Positions 35,318 through 47,660 of a DNA stretch of 64,000 nt are shown one piece after another; position 1 is the first letter of the stretch; every line of letters starts with the position of its first letter. This DNA comes from Squalus acanthias (lineage: Eukaryota), in the NCBI GenBank assembly GCA_030390025.1, contig CM059433.1, forward strand, positions 5,394,001 to 5,458,000, written 5' to 3'. Position numbers and translations under genes: made by a program. Under the pieces are notes generated by a model. The model did no database searches. It was given only the letters and a program-made list of their open reading frames with translations, and was not told where the DNA came from.

Positions 35318-35850
35318 ACATAGAAACATAGAAACATAGAAGATAGGAGCAGGAGTAGGCCATTCGGCCCCTCGAGCCTGCTCCGCCATTCAATGTGATC
35401 ATGGCTGATCATCCAAATTCAGTACCCTGTCCCTGCTTTCTCCCCATATCCCTTGATCCCTTAGCCTTAAGAAATATATCTAACTCCTTCTTGAATATAT
35501 TTAATGAATTGGCCTCAACTGCCTTCTGTGGTAGAGAATTCCACAGGTTCACCACTCTCTGGGTGAAGAAATTCCTCCTCATCTCAGTCCTAAATGGCTT
35601 ACCCCTTATCCTTAGACTGTGACCCCTGGTTCTGGACTCCCCCGCCATCGGGAACAGCCTTCCTGCATCTAGTCTGTCTAGTCCTGTTAGAATTTTCTAT
35701 GTTTCAATGAGATCCCCTCTCATTCTTCTAAACTCTAGCGAATATAAGCCTAATCGACCCAATCTCTCTTCATACGTCATTCCTGCCATCCCAGGTATCA
35801 GTCTGGTGAATCTTCGCTGCACTCTCTCCATGGCAAGAACATCCTTCCTC
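35318..35850 (-). mobile_element. CR1 LINE 3' fragment
   Basis: ERVQRRFTRLIPGM..LEFRRMRGDLIET peptide; (ACATAGAA)n tail. Confidence 0.9.
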
Positions 35851-36313
35851 AACAACAAAGAACAAAATGCCACGGTCACTAATTTCTCGCAGAGATGCTT
35901 TAACAGAGTCGGCATGCTATACATAACTATACATTCTAACCTGATCAAACAGAGCAGGAGTCCGAGTGGCAGGACGAAGAGCTTTTTTTCTACGGTATTT
36001 GTGAGTGATTATTTTGAGAGAGCGCGCTGTTTATTCTGAAGTTATTGCCTGGATCAAGTGAAAGTCTGTGGGAAATGGGACTGTCACCAAGATTATTGTT
36101 GTGCTGGAGGCACACAGTACTGGTCGATTGCAGTACAATTTCTTCAGGTATCATGTTTAGTGCATTATATTAATTTATTCCACAGTAATTTAAGGATGCT
36201 TCCACGGAAAAACTGTTTTAAACTTAAAGCCCTCCTGAAAGCATTTCTTTGTTCATCTCCAGACTAAATGATAAGATTTGGCTAAGTGGACAGTGTCTGT
36301 TTATTCACATAGA

Positions 36314-36514
36314 TGTGGAGATGCCGGTGTTGGACTGGGGTGGACAAAAGTGAGAAGTCGCACAACACCAGGTTATAGTCCAACAGTTTTATTTGAAATC
36401 ACAAGCTTTCAGCGCGCTGCTCCTTCACCTGACGAAGGAGCAGCGCTCCGAAAGCTTGTGATTTCAAATAAAACTGTTGGACTATAACCTGGTGTTGTGC
36501 GACTTCTCACTTTT
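36314..36514. mobile_element. Inverted pair of Penelope-like 3' ends forming a long palindrome
   Basis: ~80-bp inverted arms (36346-36514) matching the 3' end of the element at 40424-42780; TSD-like TCACATAGA on both sides. Confidence 0.85.
36426..36460 (+). ncRNA. Minimal hammerhead ribozyme motif
   Basis: CAC CTGACGA A GGAGC-AGC-GCTCC GAAA GCTT GTG: intact CUGANGA/GAAA core, stem I CAC/GTG and palindromic AAGCTT stem III. Confidence 0.8.
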
Positions 36515-36525
36515 ACTCACATAGA

Positions 36526-37108
36526 GGGGCCGATTTTTGGTGTGAACCCTTTCATCGGGGAGAAGGCGGATGGAGTGAGCCCGCCACCTGCTGTCGGAAG
36601 CCCGAACCATTTTGATGGTGAGGCCTCACAGCCGTATCTGTGGCGAGTCACCGTGCCGACTCGAGGAGGGGAGTGGGAAATACGGGACCTCCTCTGCAGA
36701 GCCAAGCTGGTTGAGTTCAGTTAAGAGCAGTCCCGAGGGTTGGACATTAGTCGGGTCCTCCAGGCCCCACAAAAAATCACCAAAAAGCTTAGCTGCCTCA
36801 TTTTTGGAGAAGCTTCCAGACGTCCCTTTTAAGGACTGCCGGTTAGGCCAGTGGCAGTGGGTCGAGCGCTTGCGGTGGTCTCTCCACCCATTGATACTTG
36901 AAAATTGCATCAGGGATTTATTAGCATCATATAGCCCCGATTTGCACTGTACAATGATAGGTGGGAGCCTTAGCTACCTATCTGAAAGCTCGTCATCAAA
37001 ATGGGCGGAACGATGGTGTAAATGGGGGGTTATGTTCTGCACCCTGATTTGAAGTGCACGACCGCCCCGATACCTCTCAAAAACAGTGATGAAAATCAGC
37101 GCCGTTAG
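36526..37108. mobile_element. MITE (Harbinger-type, degraded)
   Basis: Termini GGGGCCGATTTT / AAAATCAGCGCC. Confidence 0.6.
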
Positions 37109-38040
37109 GTGTCGGTCAGCGCTATCCCCCAGTAACGCACTGCATATTTACCTTGCCATGGCGACAGTGAGTAAAATAGTTGATATCGGATCGGCCGCCC
37201 AATGTACACCTCTCCCGACTTTTCTTTCATTAAAGATATTATCACACATCAACTGCGTGGAGCACCCTGGCCATTGAGATCTGCCATGCGACCCAACACT
37301 GAAAAGGAAAGTACAAGTCAACAATGGGTCAAGCTTAATTTTTCTATTGAAAAAAAACATTGCTAAATCATAATTGGTAAATGGGAGTGATTACAATGAA
37401 AATGTATCTCACATCAGAGTCGGATAAAAATATATCACTTGAAATTTGGTGTTGTCATTTACAAGTGTCGACTGGATCCCTGATGGGATTCCACTTCAGG
37501 ATTTGAAAGCATAATCTGGGCTGACATTCCAGTGAAGTACTGAAGCAGTGCATCGGATAAAAGTCTCATCTTCCCGTTCAATACTGGACAGTGTGATAAT
37601 AAGGGCTGCCTTTTTGGCCTGATCAACCCCACTACTTTTTAATTGGGAAACTTTCACCTTGTTAAGCTATTAGCATTAATAAGAATTAAGAGCATCCAAG
37701 TACAAAAGCACATTCAGTAGTTTCTCAGTTTCTGCTAAAAAGTCATATATGAGAACGCTACAGACTAGTCCATAGAGTCCACTATCTGGGAAACAATATC
37801 TTCATTATGTCATTAAAACATTAAAATCTCTAATTGGTTTACAAGATTGGAAGTAAGCATTTGTGAATCTAAGAGGCATCCCAAGAGGGCTGAGGAGCGG
37901 CAGTGTTTTAGTGTTAGCTAAACCGTTAAATAGCCTTAAAGCTAAGCAAACAGTTTTAAATAACTGTTACCTAACTTGACGGGACAGCTGAAGCCTGTCG
38001 CATGCACATTCTGTGCCATGTGGGAACTCCAGAACACTTT

Positions 38041-38701
38041 GGGCAGAATTTTCATTGACCTGTGGAGGTGGGTTTGGAGGCGTGTGGGGGGTTAAAATTG
38101 CGAAAACTGGCAGGCGGGCACAAGCCCGCCTCCACGCAATTTTCATTAAATCGTGTCTGCTGGTCCCGACTCTGTCCCGCCCCTGTTCTGAACCACGAAT
38201 GTGAAACCTAGCGGTAGCACATTTCGATAGTTGACTATCAGCTGCAGGTCCACTATGATGGAGATGGAGATGATGATGGAGATGGAGATGGAGATGGAGG
38301 AGGAGGAGATGGAGATGGAGATGGAGATGGAGATGGAGGAGGAGTAGGAGTAGTAGGAGTAGTAGTTAGTAGTAGTAATATCTGGGAGTGGTGGTGGTGG
38401 TACAAAAATATCTGGGAGCAGACTTAGGGCTGCTGCTGCACATTTTGCCTCCAGGTCCTCTCACAGCAAAGGCCAGGCAGTCTTTGCAGACCTTCAATGA
38501 CAGCAGCAATGATGACATCATCAGAGATGACTTTCAGACTGAAAACACTAATTGGGTCATGCATGGGTTCCCACATGCTGGAACTCAATTGTCCAATTAG
38601 GTGAAAATCGCATCAATCTCCCACATCCAATTGCAGTCAGGTGGATAACACGAAAAGTGGATGACATGACCCCAGCCCGCCCCAGTATCAAAATCCAGCC
38701 C
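38041..38701. mobile_element. Harbinger-type MITE, inverted homolog of 14796-15536
   Basis: GGGCAGAATTTT / AAAATCCAGCCC with 3-bp TSD TTT; internal (GATGGA)n/(GGA)n/(GTA)n repeats. Confidence 0.85.
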
Positions 38702-40424
38702 TTTGTATGTCCTGGAAAACCACATATGCAGGAAGTGGCAACAATTGCTCGAGCTCAGAGTTTCAGAACTTGAGGGGCAACTGACGTCACTACAGTACAT
38801 ATGGGAAGCTGAGAGTTTTGTGGATAGCATGTTTCAGGAGCCCACGTCGACAGTGAGTTCAGGAGGAGAGGGAGTGGGCGGTGGACTAGGAGAAACAGGC
38901 AGGCAGTTCATGACTCACCTGGGAGTGTGGCATTTACAAACGGTATTCAATGTTGAATACCAGTGAGGGAGATGACACCTCGGGGGAGTGCAGTTAGAAG
39001 CAAATCCATGGCACTGTGGGAGACTCGACTGCAGAGGGGTCACAAGAAAGTGTAGAAATGCAGTTGTTATAGGGGATTCGATAGGCAGTGGGATAGGCAG
39101 GCCTTTCTGCAACTGCAGATCTGAGTCTTGAATGGTGTGTTGCTTCCCTGGTACCAAGATAAAGCATGTCGCTGAACAGGTGCAGGCCATTCTGTGAGGG
39201 GAAGGGAAACAGCCAGAAGTCGTGGTCCATCTTAGAACCAATGACATAGGAAGGAAAAGGGTTGAGGTGCTACAGGTAGAGTTTCAGGAGCTAGGAAAAA
39301 GATTAAAAAACAGGAGCTCATCGCCTGCAAGTTCTGCTACAAGTTACACACCATCCTGACTGGGAAATATATCACCATTCCTTCATCGTCGCTGGGTCAA
39401 AATCCTGGAACTCCCTCCCTAACAGCACTGTGGGAGTACCTTCACCACACGGACTGCAGCGGTTCAAGAAGGCAGCTCACCACCACCTTCTCAAGGGTAA
39501 TTAGGGATGGGCAATAAATGCTGGCCTTGCCAGCGACGCCCACATCCCAGGAATGAATTAAAAAATAGCAACCGACAGGGTTGATGAAGGTAGTGCAGTC
39601 GATGTTGTATATATGGACTTCGAAAAGGCATTTGATAAAGTACCACATAACAGACATATTTGGAAAATAAAAGCACATGGGATTAAAGGGATGGTGGTAA
39701 CTTGGGTACATAATTGGCTAAGGGATAGGTGGCAGAGAGTAGTGGTGAACGGATGTTTTTATGACTGGAGAGAAGTATACAGTGGGGTCCCCCAGGGATC
39801 TGTATTAGGACCATTGCTTTTCTTATTATATATGAATGGCAATGGACTTCGATATAGAGAATACAATTTTGAAGTTTGCGGATGATACAAAACTTGGCAA
39901 CGTAGTAAATAGTGAAGATATTAGCAGACTTCAGGAGGACATAAACAGACTGGTGAAATGGGCAGCCACATGGCAGATGCAATTTAACGTGGATAAGTGT
40001 GAAGTGATGCACTTTGGGAGAAACAACATGGAGAGGCAGTATAATCTAAAAGTGTACTATTTGGAGTGGGGGGGGGGGGGGCGGGGTGGTGGGTGGGGGT
40101 GAATGGTGCAAGAGCAGAGGGACCTGGGGGTGCATATTCATAAATCTTTGAAGATGGAAGGGCAAGTTGAGAAGGCAGTTAAGAAAGCGTATGGGATACT
40201 TGGCTTTGCAAATATGGGCATTGAAGACAAAAACAAGAAAGTCATGCTAAACCTTTATAAGTTTCTGGTTAGCCCTCAGCTGGAGTATTGTGGTCAATTC
40301 TGGGCACCACACTTTAGGATGGATGTCAAGGCCTTGGAGAGGGTGCAGAGGAGATTTACCAGGATGATACCAGGGATGAAGGACTTCAGTTATGTGGAGA
40401 GACTGGAGAAGCTGGCTGTTCTCG

Positions 40425-42356
40425 TATGCTCAAGCTGTCAGGAGATGCATCAACGCCAGATTCATCAGCTGCACTCACAAGACAGTCCAGAATGTCACCC
40501 GAGCACAACGCAACGCCATCCACGCTCTCAAGACCAACCGCAACATTGTCATCAAACCAGCGGACAAAGGAGGAGCCATCGTCATACAGAACAGAACGGA
40601 CTATTGTAAAGAAGCATACCGACAACTGGACAACCAGGAACACTACAGACAGCTACCCGCAGATCCGACCAAAGAACACACCCGCCAACTCAATAGACTG
40701 ATCAAGACCTTCGATCCAGACCTTCAAAACATCCTACGCGCTCTCATCCCACGTACTCCCCGCGTGGGAGACTTCTACTGCCTCCCAAAGATACACAAAG
40801 CCAACACACCTGGACATCCTATCGTATCAGGCAATGGAACCCTGTGTGAGAACCTCTCTGGATACGTCGAGGGCATTCTGAAACCCATCGTACAGGGAAC
40901 CCCCAGCTTCTGTCGCGACACTACAGACTTCTTACAGAAACTCAGCACCCACGGACCAGTTGAACCAGGAACACTCCTTGCCACGATGGACGTATCGGCA
41001 CTCTACACCAGTATCCCCCACGATGACGGCATCGCTGCAACAGCCTCAGTACTCAACACCAACAACAGCCAATCTCCAGACGCCATCCTACAACTCATCC
41101 GCTTCATCCTTGACCACAATGTCTTCACCTTCGACAACCATTTTTTTACCCAAACACACGGAACAGCCATGGGGACCAAATTCGCACCCCAATACGCCAA
41201 CATCTTCATGCACAAGTTCGAGCAAGACTTCTTCGCTGCACAGGACCTCCAGCCAACGCTGTACACCAGATACATCGACGACATTTTCTTCCTTTGGACC
41301 CATGGCGAAGGATCACTGAAAAGACTACACGATAACATAAACAAGTTCCATCCCACCATCAAACTCACCATGGACTACTCCTCAGAATCGGTTTCATTCC
41401 TGGACACACGAATCTCCATCAAAGACGGACACCTCAGCACTTCACTCTACCACAAGCCCACGGACAACCTCACGATGCTCCACTTCTCCAGCTTCCACCC
41501 TAACCATGTTAAAGAAGCCATCTCCTATGGACAAGCCCTGCGAATACACAGGATCTGCTCAGACGAGGAGGAACGCGATGGACACCTACGGACGCTGAAA
41601 AACGCCCTCGTAAGAATGGGATATGACGCTCGACTCATCGATCGACAGTTCCGACGGGCCACAGCGAAAAATCGCATAGACCTCCTCAGAAGGCAAACAC
41701 GGGACACAACCAACAGGGTACCCTACGTCGTGCAGTACTTCCCCGGAGCGGAGAAACTACGCCATGTTCTTCGCAGCCTTCAACATGTCATCGATGACGA
41801 CAAACACCTCGCTAAGGCCATCCCCACGCCTCCACTACTTGCCTTCAAACAGCCGCCTAACCTCAGAAGTACCATCGTTCGCAGCAAATTACCCAGCTTT
41901 CAGGATAACAGCGACCACGACACCACACAACCCTGCCACGGCAAACTCTGCAAGACATGCCAGATCATCAACACAGATACCACCATCACACGTGAGGACA
42001 CTAACCACCAGGTACATGGTACATACTCATGTGACTCGGCCAACGTTGTCTACCTCATACGTTGCAGGAAAGAATGCACCGCGGCATGGTACATCGGCGA
42101 GACCATGCAGACACTGAGACAACGTATGAACGAGCACCGCGCAACAATTGCCAGGCAGGATTGTTACCTCCCAGTCGGGGAACACTTCAGCAGTCAAGGA
42201 CATTCAGCCTCGGATCTGCGGGTAAGCGTTCTCCAAGGCAACCTTAGAAACACACGACAACGCAAAATCATCGAGCAGAAACTGATAGCCAAGTTCCGCA
42301 CTCATGAAGACGGTCTCAACCGGGATCTTGGGTTTATGTCACGATACATGACGTGA
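40425..42356 (+). CDS. Penelope-like RT + GIY-YIG endonuclease (N-terminally truncated, no internal stops)
   Basis: Part of ORF 40392..42356. Motifs: IKPADKGG, FYCLPKIHK, DVSALYTSIP, GTAMGTKFAP, RYIDDIF, Cys-rich linker CHGKLCKTC, VVYLIRC..WYIGET..RMNEH, GLNRD. Confidence 0.9.
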   Translation, partial: YAQAVRRCINARFISCTHKTVQNVTRAQRNAIHALKTNRNIVIKPADKGGAIVIQNRTDYCKEAYRQLDNQEHYRQLPADPTKEHTRQLNRLIKTFDPDLQNILRALIPRTPRVGDFYCLPKIHKANTPGHPIVSGNGTLCENLSGYVEGILKPIVQGTPSFCRDTTDFLQKLSTHGPVEPGTLLATMDVSALYTSIPHDDGIAATASVLNTNNSQSPDAILQLIRFILDHNVFTFDNHFFTQTHGTAMGTKFAPQYANIFMHKFEQDFFAAQDLQPTLYTRYIDDIFFLWTHGEGSLKRLHDNINKFHPTIKLTMDYSSESVSFLDTRISIKDGHLSTSLYHKPTDNLTMLHFSSFHPNHVKEAISYGQALRIHRICSDEEERDGHLRTLKNALVRMGYDARLIDRQFRRATAKNRIDLLRRQTRDTTNRVPYVVQYFPGAEKLRHVLRSLQHVIDDDKHLAKAIPTPPLLAFKQPPNLRSTIVRSKLPSFQDNSDHDTTQPCHGKLCKTCQIINTDTTITREDTNHQVHGTYSCDSANVVYLIRCRKECTAAWYIGETMQTLRQRMNEHRATIARQDCYLPVGEHFSSQGHSASDLRVSVLQGNLRNTRQRKIIEQKLIAKFRTHEDGLNRDLGFMSRYMT

Positions 42357-42687
42357 TCCGGACTCGAGTCGTCGTTGGCTTGTTCACAGATGTGATTCCC
42401 AGTAAAAAAGTAAAAATTTTCCCAGTAAAAAAGTAAAAATTTTAAAGCTTTTCGTTTTACATACAGACGGCAGCTTTTGACACGTTAGAACCCCTGCGAC
42501 TACACCTCATTGTCTCAGTTGTATCTTGCTATGTCTTTGATGTGGTACCTTCCTGGCTGACCTGATTAACTTTATCACACCTCGGCAGATAGTCAGGATG
42601 ATTTAATTTAGTGGTCTGCAATTGTAAGGTACACATGCTTTGTTCTCTATCTATATATGCTTTGGCGATTCTGTATCTAATTTACTT

Positions 42688-42727
42688 CACCTGAGGAAGG
42701 GGCAATCGATAGCTCCGAAAGCTTGTG
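42688..42727 (+). ncRNA. Minimal hammerhead ribozyme motif in the Penelope 3' terminus
   Basis: CAC CTGAGGA A GGGGC-AATCGATA-GCTCC GAAA GCTT GTG. Confidence 0.8.
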
Positions 42728-43379
42728 ATTTCAAATAAAACTGTTAGACTATAACCTGGTGTTGTGCGACCTCTCAATTTTGTTCTCCTTTGAGCAGAGA
42801 AGGTTAAGGGTAGATTTAATTGAGGTGTTCAAAATTATGAGGAGTTTTGATAGAGTAAGTAGGGAGAAACTGTTTTCACTGGCAAGTGGGTCAGTAACCA
42901 GAAGTCATAGATTTAAAATAACTGGCAAAAGAACTAGCGGGGAAATGAGGAGAAACGTTTCCATACAGAGGGTTGTTAAGATCGGGAACGCACTACCTGA
43001 AACAGTGGTGGAAGCAGATTCCATAGTAACTTTCAAAAGGCAATTGGATACGTACTTGAACAGGACTAATTTGCAGGGTTATGGGGAATAATCTGGGGCG
43101 TAAGATTAAATTGGGCATCTCCTTCAGAGAGCTGGCATATGCATGACGGGCCGAATGGCCTCCTTCAGTGCTGTAAGATTCTATGATTCTATGAAATGAA
43201 GCAGAATTAGCTAATGGAAAAATAACAATAAACTGGGAGCTGGTGTGAATCTAGCAGCAATCTAGATGGTTTTTAAATCACATTTGAATTATTCCATTTT
43301 CTTGAATCAGTCTATTAACGTTGAGTGTAAATTCATTCAAAATGTTTGGATGATCAGATGCAAGCAGATTAATGAGATA

Positions 43380-43743
43380 CAGGAAACTCTTTATTAACCG
43401 GCACAGACGGGACCGGCGTGGTGCCGGTTAATCAAAAAGTCCGGATAACGGAGAGTTATATCTCCCAACGTAGGAGAGCCACGTACACACTGACATGCGC
43501 CTGCATTCGGAGCTCCGTCTCCCCGGGGACCGCCAGCTGACCATCTGTCGTGTCTGCTGCCTACCCGGGCTGCACATTCCCCTCCCAATCTACACGCTCC
43601 GATACAAGGCAAACGCCTCGGGGTTTTTTTTAAAGTTATTTTTAAAGGAGAGATGAAGGAAAACCCCGGTTACCTACTCAAGAATTTTGCCGGTTAAGAG
43701 AGATTTCCGGTTATTTGGGTGCCGGTTAAAAGAGAGTTTCCTG
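43380..43743. mobile_element. Tc1/mariner-type (Tigger-like) MITE
   Basis: TIRs CAGGAAACTCTTTATTAACCGGCAC / GTGCCGGTTAAAAGAGAGTTTCCTG, flanked by TA. Confidence 0.88.
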
Positions 43744-44184
43744 TACATTCATTTTTCTGGCATTGAGTTACTGGGCAGATCACTCTGGGAGTTAAGAAAA
43801 CCCTTTTATTTTGACAGAATGACTGAAGAGATATGAAGGGATCATCCAGGCATCAGTAAATCCTGTTTACTGTTAGAGAGTAAAATGGTACCTTGATTAG
43901 AAATCTATGCCAGAGTTACTGTCCGCCAATTTTATTTAGATGTTTATTTGTTTGGAAACTGTTTCTACATAATCTTGAAATCTACCAAGTATTAGTGAAT
44001 GTATACAATTCAGGCACAAATGTCTACAAATCAAAGCCTTTTACCAGACCCAGAATTTAGACCTGATTAAAGTGCACGTTTAAAAATTGTACTGCCTCAA
44101 GCAATATTATTTGTTCTCAGAATTACAACATTCTAAAATGCCCTAAAATTACATCACTGGTGCCAGCATGTCATGAACGATAGC

Positions 44185-44807
44185 ATAAGAACATAAGAAA
44201 TAGGAGCAGGAGTCGGCCATTCGGCCCCTCGAGCCTGCTCCACCATTCAATAAGATCATGGCTGATCTGATCTTGGCCTCAACTCCACTTCCCTGCCCGC
44301 TCCCCATAACCCCTCACTCCCTTACCTTTCAAAAATCTGCCTATCTCCACCTTAAATATATTCAATGACCCAGCCTCCACAGCTCTCTGGGGAAGAGAAT
44401 TCCACAGATTTATGACCCTCTGAGAGAAGAAATTCCTCCTCATTTCCGTTTTAAAGGGGTGCCCTCTTATTCTGAAATTATGCCCCACTAGTTCTAGATT
44501 CCCCCACGAGGGGAAACATCCTCTCTGCATCTACCTTGTCGAGCCCCCTCAGAATCATATATGTTTCAATAAGATCACCTCTCATTCTTCTAAACTCCAA
44601 TGAGTATAGGCCCAACCTGCTCAACCTTTCTTCATAAGTCAACCCCTTCATCTCCGGAATCAACCTCGTGCACCTTCTCTGAACTGCCGCCAATGCAAGT
44701 ATATCCTTCCTTAAATAAGGAGACCAAAACTGTGCGCAGTACTCCAGGTGTGGTCTCACCAATACCCTGTACAGTTGTAACAGGACTTCCCTACTTTTAC
44801 ACTCCAT
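44185..44807 (-). mobile_element. CR1 LINE 3' fragment
   Basis: ORFs 44478..44807 and 44279..44530 (VRPHLEYC, FFSQRVINLWNSLP). Confidence 0.9.
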
Positions 44808-47012
44808 CTCATCACATTTGAGTTTCTATGGGCAGGGAGACTGTCTGCACAAAAAAGGTTTTAAAACCTGTCTTAAATGGTGAATCTGGAGTCATGTTCT
44901 ATTGGAAACTAATTAAGACTGATAGTAATATTACAATCCACCAAGTGTAATAACAATTTTGTAAGTTATTTTAATACATCCCCGTAAATCCGTGGGATGG
45001 TATCCGGCAAAAGTGTGAGGATGTGCCTACCAGAAACCTCTGGCACTAACCCCGCCAGAATATGCAGGGCCAGCGAGGTTCCATTACTTAAACATCAAAA
45101 GTGGTAGCTTGGGCCCCCGCCATTGAGGGGAGGCTGACACTTTGGCTGAAGGCTGCCTGCTCGGGCGGGGGTGTGGGGGGGAGAGGGGCGCTGCTCCCTC
45201 TGAGAACATCCTAAAAAATGGCCCATCAGTCTCTTTATAATGGAGAGGAAAAAACCCTTCAGAGCTCCAGACTGCATCCCAGGTGGGTTCCACATCTGCG
45301 GGCCTCCTCTCACTTGGCGTGCTGCCCCCAGCACCACTGTACAGCATGACTGAGGACAAGGAAACCCCTGGCCTGGGAGCCCTTCTGCTGGCCACGCACC
45401 TGCTGACAGATCCTTGCCTAATTTCTAGTAGTCCTGCCAGACTTGTGGCCAGGCCCTGGAGTTTCCTCCCCATGATCATTAATTAATTTCACAAAATCTT
45501 TGATTACTGACCATTTATGTAATTTAAAATACAAAAAGCAAAATAAGGCAAATGTTTTATAGATATAATAATGAGAAAGACCACGCTCTTGTCAATAAGA
45601 TCTGTACTATCGAGTGTGTAATAGTAACTTTCAAAAATCATATTGACAAAACTACCAATAAACTATTTGTTGTCCATGATAAGAAACCCTACAATTCTGT
45701 GAATGAGCACTGCTGGTTTGCCTGAAACTCTATGAAATGGCTAAATTAGAAGTAAGTCATAAAGGGGCATATATCGAATGTTAAGACAAATGGACTTGCG
45801 CCTGAAACATTTCCTGCCATCAATTTTTAAAAGCTGTGCTTTTAATTCAACCAATAACATACTTGCTGATTTCAGATCAGTTTCCTCAACTCAAGTTCAG
45901 CCACCTAGCGAGCTCTTGTTTTTTTTTTAGAGCTTTGTTATTTAAAAGTAGCAACTAGGCTGCGAAAATAAAAATTGCAATTATTTTTTTTTAAACTATG
46001 CTAAATCTACTACAAAGTTTCCAAAGGAGAAAGTAATTTGACAGATTCCATTCAGTGAATTCCATCCAATTGGTGTTGAGAAAAAATGGACGATGTTTAG
46101 TTAAACAAATTTCCTTTATGTGTCTGAAGACTTGTTGCGGTCACTCCATCTGCTGCAGCACATTTATTATATGGTGCATCCAAATAAACCAATGAGCCTG
46201 TACGAATATGGCACACACAGTATTTTATTAGATTTTAAATGGCATGCATGGCACTGTGCTGCATTGTACTTCAAAATTATAAATATATGTTCTTTTTCAT
46301 TTTAATAAAAACTAACATATACCTGACCATAAAAGTTAATGTGCCCAAAAGGCCTTGGTTTGCGTGTGTTTTTTTTACATTCTGCTTCTTATTCTTCCTG
46401 AGGAGGAATTGGTCTCCAAACTTCGAATGCGTTGTGTGAGGCCGTATCCCGCCCAATGTTCCTTCCGAATCCCATTGTTGAGACAAAAGCCTGTCAGGAA
46501 TATTTTATATGAACTAATTAATATTTATTCAGTAGTCTGAAATCGTGCTTGTCTCCATCAAATAAAATAAGCGAAACAGTCCCTTGAGGAAACACACAAT
46601 GCTTTGGCAAAGGTCCCAAAGTACTGCGAAAGGATAAAATTCATCCTTCAGAAACTTAGATAAAGCCGCTTTAAAAATCAGTACGACTTATTTTGAAGCA
46701 GGAGCACATCTTTTTTGTTTATGCTCACAATATTGTATCCAGAATTGAGGATTAGCGGACTGGGATACAAGATAAAACCTTGGCAACTCAGCAGTCTAAC
46801 TATTGTTTCATTTGTGGATAAAGTCTCATATAAAATATGCAAATATGAAGCAGTGCTTTACCAAATCATTGCAAAGCAGATATGTTATTTAATGAGTTTA
46901 ATTTTTATAAATGTGTTATATTTGCATGGCTGCACAGTTTATATTGAATACAGTAATTGAAATTGGCATTTATGTTGGGCTTTTTAGCTTGTTGAACTTG
47001 AAGGGCCCGTAT

Positions 47013-47660
47013 TACAGTGTGTCAGTGTATTGCTCTCTAAGATGGTACAGTGTGTCAGTGTATTGCTCTCTAAGATGGTACAGTGTGGCAGTGTCTTGCT
47101 CTCTAAGATGGTACAGTGTGGCAGTGTCTTGCTCTCTAAGATGGTCCAGTGTGTCAGTGTATTGCTCTCTAAGATGGTACAGTGTGTCAGTGTATTGCTC
47201 TCTAAGATGGTACAGTGTGTCAGTGTATTGCTCTCTAAGATGGTACAGTGTGGCAGTGTCTTGTTCTCTAAGATAGCACAGTGTGGCAGTGTCTTGTTCT
47301 CTAAGATGGCACAGTGTGGCAGTGTATTGCTCTCTAAGATGGTCCAGTGTGTCAGTGTATTGCTCTCTAAGATGGTACAGTGTGGCAGTGTATTGCTCTC
47401 TAAGATGGTCCAGTGTGTCAGTGTATTGCTCTCTAAGATGGTACAGTGTGGCAGTGTATTGCTCTCTAAGATGGTCCAGTGTGTCAGTGTCTTGCTCTCT
47501 AAGATGGTCCAGTGTGTCAGTGTCTTGCTCTCTAAGATGGTCCAGTGTGGCAGTGTCTTGTTCTCTAAGATGGTGCAGTGTGTCAGTGTATTGCTCTCTA
47601 AGATGGCCCAGTGTGTCAGTGTCTTGTTCTCTAAGATGGTACAGTGTGTCAGTGTCTTGC
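47013..47660. repeat. 33-bp minisatellite, ~19-20 copies
   Basis: Tandem unit TACAGTGTGTCAGTGTATTGCTCTCTAAGATGG with a few recurrent variants and no spacers. Confidence 0.97.

Larger units (their letters stand above)
40424..42780 (+). mobile_element. Penelope-like element (Neptune-like), 5'-truncated, inserted in CR1
   Basis: 7-bp TSD TGTTCTC (40417-40423, 42781-42787); RT + GIY-YIG ORF; hammerhead motif in the 3' end. Confidence 0.93.
38705..43195 (+). mobile_element. Rearranged CR1 LINE (ORF1 remnant + ORF2 3' part) with nested insertions
   Basis: ORF1-like LLELRVSELEGQL and VVIGDS remnants at 38705-39320. ORF2 DFEKAFDKVPH, GVPQGSVLGP and KFADDTKLG. Resumes at 42781 (FEQRRLRVDL) with an (ATTCTATG)n tail. 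A 3' fragment of the other LINE family is nested at ~39325-39565. Confidence 0.88.

Noticed and set aside
40392..40423. N-terminus of the 654-aa ORF as a true start
   Set aside because: These codons derive from the flanking CR1 and the TSD; the Penelope copy is 5'-truncated.
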